This document shows, one piece after another, positions 57,587-64,000 of a DNA stretch of 64,000 nucleotides. This DNA is from the human T2T-CHM13v2.0 reference genome, Homo sapiens. The notes under the pieces are model-generated. The model made no database searches. It saw only the letters and a program-made list of their open reading frames with translations, and had not been told where the DNA came from. Positions within the stretch are counted from its first letter, which is position 1, and every line of letters begins with the position of its first letter. The position numbers were made by a program, and so were the translations under genes. The stretch lies in NCBI RefSeq assembly GCF_009914755.1, contig NC_060934.1, one strand, 5' to 3'.

Positions 57587-59112
57587 AATAATTATCTTCT
57601 TAACAAAAACACCACATGTGGACATCCCCAGGTTTAGTCCCCAGTTCTCTGTCCACCTAATTACAACAGCATCATGTGATTTTTTGTGCAGTTTTGCCAA
57701 AACACATCCATCTGTGACGCCCCGAGGGACACACGCTCCTTGATGGTCAACAGGCCAGGCTTGCGGGCTCCCCAGGTGCCGGCAAGGTTCCAGGGCCGGC
57801 GTCTGAGGGCTGCAACCCAGACCCGCTGGGCACCCTGCGGGGCATGTTTAGTTGTACCTGGAGGAGAGGATGTGCTCTCTTGGCACAACGTGCAGAAGGC
57901 ACCGGAGGAAAGGAATGGAGAAGAAGCCTGTTTGCCTCAGAGCTCCTCATCCTGGACGCCCTCGCCAGAGGGTTCATGTTATGGTTTCCTGCATAAGCGA
58001 TCTGAGCCCTGCCTCCTCAAGCGTAACTGACAGCATGCTGGACGCACAGGCAGCAACTCCCTTTTGCCAAGTGATCACAGCGCCTCTTGGAGTCAGTTCC
58101 ACGTGGAACAGTGCAGCTGGCACAAGCTCGTCCATGTTATTCACATGCCCCACCGTGGTGGGCCTGTCGACGGCATCCAGGCTGATTCGATTCTCGGCTG
58201 ATACTGCAGCCCTGTACCTGGGTCTTGGACTACATGCAAAAGAACTCCTGCAGGAGACGTTCTTGCAAGCCAAATTGCTGGGCCAGAGCGTGTCTATGTT
58301 TGCAGTTTGACGGTGACGTCCCCAGGGCCCATGGAGAACAGAGAGGGCCCTTCAGGGAGATCCAGCTGGCTCCCAAGGGCAGCTCCAGGAGTTGGGTCCG
58401 GGCAGAGTCCTCACTGCTGGCTTACACTGGTGGGAAGGTGCTGGCTGCTCTGGGACCAGTGGGGTTCAAGATCATGGCTCGGCGTTGCTCCTTCCTGCAG
58501 ACCTAGTTATCCTGGCTTAGCCAAGGACTCTGAAATATTCTCATCTCTGCCAGGGGGTTCTTTCTAGGTTGGGGTTTTCACACCTCACTGTGCAGCAGAG
58601 CCTGGACCTTGGTCCTGCTGGAGCAGAAGCTGCTGAGAGGCACGGGGAGGCATTGAACCTGCCCAGGGCCGCTCAGCGTCTGCATCGTGGACTTGCCCTC
58701 CCACACCAGCTCCTCTGGCCAGCTCTCTCCCTCTCCCAGCCCTTTCATCCTGCCAGTCCCGGGGGACAGTGGATTTCCAACATTAAAGGAGTTTCCAGGA
58801 GATGCAGAAAATAATTATTCTTCATCTCCTCAGCTTCCAGGGTGTGCAGCTACTGGAAGCAGGGGCTGGAGGGGAAAAAGGACGGGTGGGACACAGGTGG
58901 AGCCTCAGACAAGAGAGGGCCCCTGGGCCACCAAGACCCCAGAGCGCTCTCTGACCCTGCTCCTACCTCATTAACTCGTCCCTCCCCTGCCTCCTTGCCC
59001 CACCCCTCCCCTGCCTCATTCACCTGCTCTTCTCCTACCTGGTCCTGTCTCCCACTGGTGCCTCCAAGCCAAACCTGGACCTTCCCAGCCAAGTGTCATT
59101 TAAAACATTCAA

Positions 59113-59710
59113 TGCCAGGTGCAGTGGTTCATACCTGTAGTCCCAGCACTTTGGAAGGCTGAGGCGGGAGAATCGCTTCAGCCCAGGAATTCGAGACCAG
59201 CCTGGGCAACATAGCAAAACCTGGTCTCCACCAAAAAAAAAAATTATATATATGTATATAAATTATATACACAAATGTATATATAAATTATATACGCAAA
59301 TGTATATATAAATTATATACGCAAATGTATATATAAATTATATACGCAAATGTATATATAAATTATATACGCAAATGTATATATACATATACACGCAAAT
59401 GTATATATGTATACAAATTATATATGTATATATATACACACACATACATGCACATATACACACATACACACACATATATATACACACACATATATATATA
59501 TACACACACATATATATATATACACACACACACATATATATATATACACACACATATATTAAAAAAAACTGGGCATGGTGGCACTCACCTGTAGTCTCAG
59601 CTACGTGGGAGGATGGCTTGAGCCCAGGAGGTCAAGGCTGCAGTGAGCCATGATTGTGCCACTGCACTCCAGCCTGGGTGACAGAGCAAGACTGTCTCAA
59701 AAAACAAAAA
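59113..59710 (+). mobile_element. AluJ-like element whose middle A-rich linker holds an expanded AT-rich repeat
   Basis: Left arm about 59113-59242; right arm about 59560-59710. Confidence 0.88.
59243..59560. repeat. 25-bp AT-rich minisatellite (about 5 copies) grading into (TA)n/(CA)n
   Basis: aattatatacgcaaatgtatatata repeated, then alternating TA/CA tracts. Confidence 0.93.
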
Positions 59711-62700
59711 TTTTTTTAATTAAAAACATTTGAGGTTAAAAAAAGATTGTGCGCACACAGAAAAGAATACGGCAGACAGGCAGCTAGGCACCCCCCACAA
59801 TTAACGAATGACCTCATTTGGGTTCAAATATAAGCAAACTAGAAGCTCTCCGCCCGGCTGCCTGCCCTTGTTCCTGCGCGCCCGCAGAGAGGTGTGGGTC
59901 CCCCTGCGCCCGGGCGTCTTCTGTCCTGAGAACGACAGTGAGGGTCTCACAGACGGTAGTGAGACCTCAGCTCATTGCACCTGAGGGCCCTGAGGATCCT
60001 GAGGACCCTGGAGCCTCCGGCCGCTTTTCTTCCAGCTCCCACCTGGGCTTTCTCCTCTCCCTACTCCATTCCATAAATGGAATATCCCATCTGAGTTGAC
60101 CTTCGAGTCTTCCTGAGTGGGGAAGGGCTTGAGGCTGTAGCTTCTGTGTGGTCAGAAACAGGACTATGGGAAGCCTTCGGGGCCCCTGGGCTCTTGCAGC
60201 TCCGCAGCTCACACAGCATCTTGGCCTCTACCACAAAATGTGGGGATCCTTGATTTGCCAAACACTTGCATAAGTCTTGGCCAAGCAGGGAACAGAAAAT
60301 AGGAATTCAGTCATTACAATTGGCAGCATCAATGCTTCTGAAGTCTTTACTGTGTCCGTGCCAAAAGTAATATCGTCATTACAACCCCAGGACAGGATTC
60401 TGTAACTAGGCCTGCAGCTGTGGAACTGGAGCCTCCTATCTAATTTCCAGCAGATCCAGGTGTCTCAGAAGCACCCGTGGGGGAGAATCCAGTTCTGGAC
60501 CTCAAGAGGGAAATCAATGGCCAGCCAGAGGAGCCCTTCCCAGAACAGACCGACCCTGCCCCACCGGCCTCCTGTAGCCTGGAGGGGACAGGCAGCCCCC
60601 AAGCCATTCTGGAATCCAGCCGTGCTCTGGAAGCTCCCACAGCCCACTGGTGGCCTAGGCGGCATCTGGTGGCCTCCACCAGCTCAGGCACGGGCAGGTG
60701 CTCCCGGGCTGCTGGTGCCTCCAGCAGGGTCTCAGCCTTTGCAGCTCCCAAGGCCGGATCCCAACGTGGGGCCCACGATAGATGGGCTCAGCCTTCTGTG
60801 CAGTTTTTGCCTGTGGTTATGTGAAGATGTGCTGTCACGTGGTGGTTAAATCCGTTTACATTGAACAGCCGAGGGAGGGGAGCTGCTTGTTTCTCTGCTG
60901 CGGTACTGGACTGCCGTGCAGTGGGGAGCTCATCTCTTTATCAAAAATCATCAGAATTCTGCAACTGCTTCATCACATTTTGCAGACTGTGATTTTCAGG
61001 GTAAAGAAGGTCCCTGTGAGTTCTGGAAAAAGCGTCTTGGATTTCAGTCCGATGGTTAATCGATCACCGAGGAAGACTTGAGCAGACTGAGATCTGACAA
61101 CTCAAGAATAAAATGATTTAAATAAAAGCTGACTCCTCCAGGTGCCAGCCCTCTGTCGGGAGAGAGATGGGACCGTTCCCAGTGAAGAAGGGGAGGGGCT
61201 CACAGGGAGGGCTCTCGAGGGAACCGCAGGGGCGTGAACTCGGCCTTGTCTTGAGGAAGGTGCAGCGTGGGCTCCTTTAAAGCAGGGAAGAGCCATACGT
61301 GTCATGAGGATGTAAGTCACCGTGTTTTTGTCGTGGACACGAAGGCTCCAGCTCTGGTCTGGGCACAGCAGGGCCCCTGATGCCTGTTCTGGGGTTTGGC
61401 CACTGCCCGCCCTCCTGCAGGCTGAGCCCCAACTCTTGGAACTGTACCCTGGATGAGGAAGTGCAGGGAGCAGAGAAAATTCACGGCTATCACACCTTTC
61501 GGAGGTGCCCGGAAAGTCCTACAAGATCCCAGCTCTAATGGAGGGGCCTGCCTAGAGGTGGGAGACGCCATGGAAGCTCCGGCCTCCTGCCCCCACAGGA
61601 AACATGTCCCAGGCAGCTGTGCCCCTGCAGACCTGTGGAGGGAGGCAGCAATGACGGGGACAGGGGCCGAGGCAAGGGGTGGCAGAGCCAGCAGACGCAG
61701 TGAGTAGTGCTGGGGTTACTGCTGAGGAAGTGGCCTTGGAGCAGAGACCCCCCCCCATGAGCACAGCAAGGTCCCAGGGTCGGGGGTGGCTCCAGGTGGG
61801 GCTAGAGCCCAGGTAGACATGGGGTGAATGGGCATGGGTGTGACCTCGAGCGCCGGGAAGTCCAGGGCAGGTGCAGCCCTCATGGGGAGGGTGCAGAAGA
61901 GGTCAGCAGAGGTGGCCATGGGCCCCGGGGGCCATGCGGGTGTGGGGCAGGAGGGGGCCTAGTAACCTATAGTCTGCCTGGGGACACTTTGGAGGGAGAA
62001 AGGGGGTTACTGATCACTATGCTGGAACAACAAGGAAAGCCGGCCTCCCTGGACCGCTGGGCATCCCACCATGGCGAGGCAAGGAGCTTGGGCCATGTTC
62101 CAGGCACAGCCAGCAGCCTCTGGGAGCCTTAAAGCTGGACATGACCTGACTTCTATTTGCATATTATATATTATAAATATGTTTATATATTTAAAATATT
62201 TTGACGTGTTAAACATACCCTCTGGCTGCTGTGGGAGGGGCTGAGGGGAGCAGAGAGCAGTGGGAGGCAGCTGCTCAGAGGTCCGTGCCATGGCTGAGGG
62301 TGGCAGCCGTGGAGGGGCATGGGGCAGAGGCACCAGGATATGTGGGCAGGCAGGGGTAGAATCTGTGGGTGGATGGTGTGTGGAACTGCTCTGGGACACG
62401 GGGGAGAGGAGCCAGGAGGTGTTGGCAGGCGGGGGTAGAGCGTGCGGGTGGACGGTGCATGGGATGCTCCAGGCTTGGGTCTGAGCAGCAGTGGCCGGGC
62501 TGCCCTTTGCTGAGGTGGCATCTGGGCGAGGATGATGGGCACTGGGGGCCGGAGGACATCAAGGACTCTGCGTGAGACAGGACACCGTGGAGCCTCACAC
62601 CAACATCCAGGCGGGGGCTGACATTTGGGTGGTGAGCACAGGTGCCTGCTGTCCCGCGGGGCACACGGGCCTCAGGTGTGGGAGCGGGGTCTCCGGGTGG

Positions 62701-63574
62701 TGGGAGATGCTGCCCAGAGAACAGTGCGAGGGGAGACGGGGCTGGGACCTGCCCTGGGCACTCGGCTCGTCAGCTGGGAAGCCCAGAGAGGGCAGCGAGG
62801 AGGCCATACTCTTGGACTTCACCCACCTCATGCCTGCTTCCAGAACATTCCATCCCGCCTCTGTTCTTTCGGGCTGTTAGGTTTTAAGAAGGGTCTCTTT
62901 TCCTGGTTCCTTATTTTGTTCAATTGTATTCTTTTCTTCAGTGTTTTTGTCTACAAAGTCCCGCTTGGCTCTGTGTTCACAGAGATTTATGTGAATGTCT
63001 TGCATTTTAAAGAAGTCTCCTGCCTTCCCCTGGGGACTGTCTGCTTATTACTGTGGGTAACTGAATGTTCTGAGCCTATAGGAGTGGGGAAATAGTTCCC
63101 ATGAAGGGTCTGGGATTCGGATTCTCCTTGTCCACAGCCACGTGTCTCCTTGGACAGGGCAGCTCTCCACCTCCCCTTGGACACCGGCTCACATGGTGGA
63201 CGCATCTGACTCTCCAGCCGCCGCTTCTTGGTCAGCCTGCCTCTGCCTGGCTGCGAATCCCCTCTCTCGCTCCCTCTGTCTTTCCCTTCTGCCCCCTTTG
63301 GCTGCTCCATTCTTTCCTACTCCTTAGAAAAAAATAGACAGTTCTCATCAGAGAGCATGCACAGCTAGGGTTTGAAAGACTGTGACCGTCCCACTTTCTA
63401 AAGCGTGACTTACTGAAATATACAAGAAACACACCTACCTAGTGACCAGGATGCTGTATATCCCTGGTCTGAAAGCAGTTGTCACCTCAGTTCAGGGCTC
63501 ACTAGCCACTCTTGGCCTGCTTTAGGGGATTCAATTTGCACCTCCCAGGATTCTGTGATAAAGCTCAGGAGGTA

Positions 63575-63960
63575 GATGATCTGTGAATGGCCGAAAGCAT
63601 TAGCAGTATTATTTAAGGACATGCAAATCAAAACAAAGTTGAATGCACCCAGTCACTTTTATACATGGCAGATCCCCGGGGTTGCTGATTGGGTGGAGAA
63701 GTGATGCCCTCAGAAGCCGCTGGAAGCCTCTCTGCAGGTGCCTTGGCCACCAGTGCACAGCCCTGAGATGCTGCCAGGCTTCTGTGACAGTGACTCCACT
63801 GTTAGAAAAAGCGGAATCCAGCAGATACACAGGGTGTTGGTTTTAGCTCTGCTAATGATAAGGAACAAAGCGGCCACCTGGCTGTCCCAGCCTGAGGAAA
63901 CTGCTAAGGACGTTAGGTTGTATTTACGCAGCAGACTGCCCTGCAGCCATTAGAATCTTG
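63575..63960 (+). mobile_element. Highly diverged L1M 3' relic
   Basis: aaggacatgcaaatcaaaaca ... gctggaagcctctctgcagg ... gctctgctaatgataagga. Confidence 0.4.
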
Positions 63961-64000
63961 TTGAGGAAGAATGTTTGCTAATAGAGGAATTCCTCATCAT

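Noticed and set aside
57852-58310. Overlapping 99-152 aa ORFs in the downstream intron
   Set aside because: No recognisable domain or exon boundaries; the DNA looks like a heavily decayed L1M fragment.
59338-59653. YI/CV/HT-rich ORFs
   Set aside because: Translations of a TA/CA microsatellite inside an Alu.

Overview
Human/primate genomic DNA: GC-rich and dense in Alu, L1 and VNTR sequence. It contains the 5' part of JAKMIP3 (NECC2) on the + strand, recognised from the N-terminal peptide [45 protein letters not shown]. The only host coding sequence is the first coding exon (exon 55066-55337, CDS 55203-55337). A candidate promoter and non-coding first exon lie at about 15.7-16.3 kb. A near-perfect REST/RE1 silencer motif sits at 4989-5009. 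The central 21-46 kb is a minus-strand LINE-1 pile-up, including a full-length L1PA nested in a full-length L1PB-like element. About 20 Alus and more than 10 minisatellites/microsatellites are present. Almost all ORFs in the supplied track are repeat-derived or chance ORFs. I see no convincing wholly new biological system. The best leads are regulatory: the RE1 site, a stacked uORF cassette in the 5' leader, an L1 antisense promoter pointing into the gene, a possible retrocopied/transduced 3'UTR fragment, and VNTRs that grew out of old L1 relics. Repeat subfamily calls are from recalled consensus sequences and boundaries are approximate.
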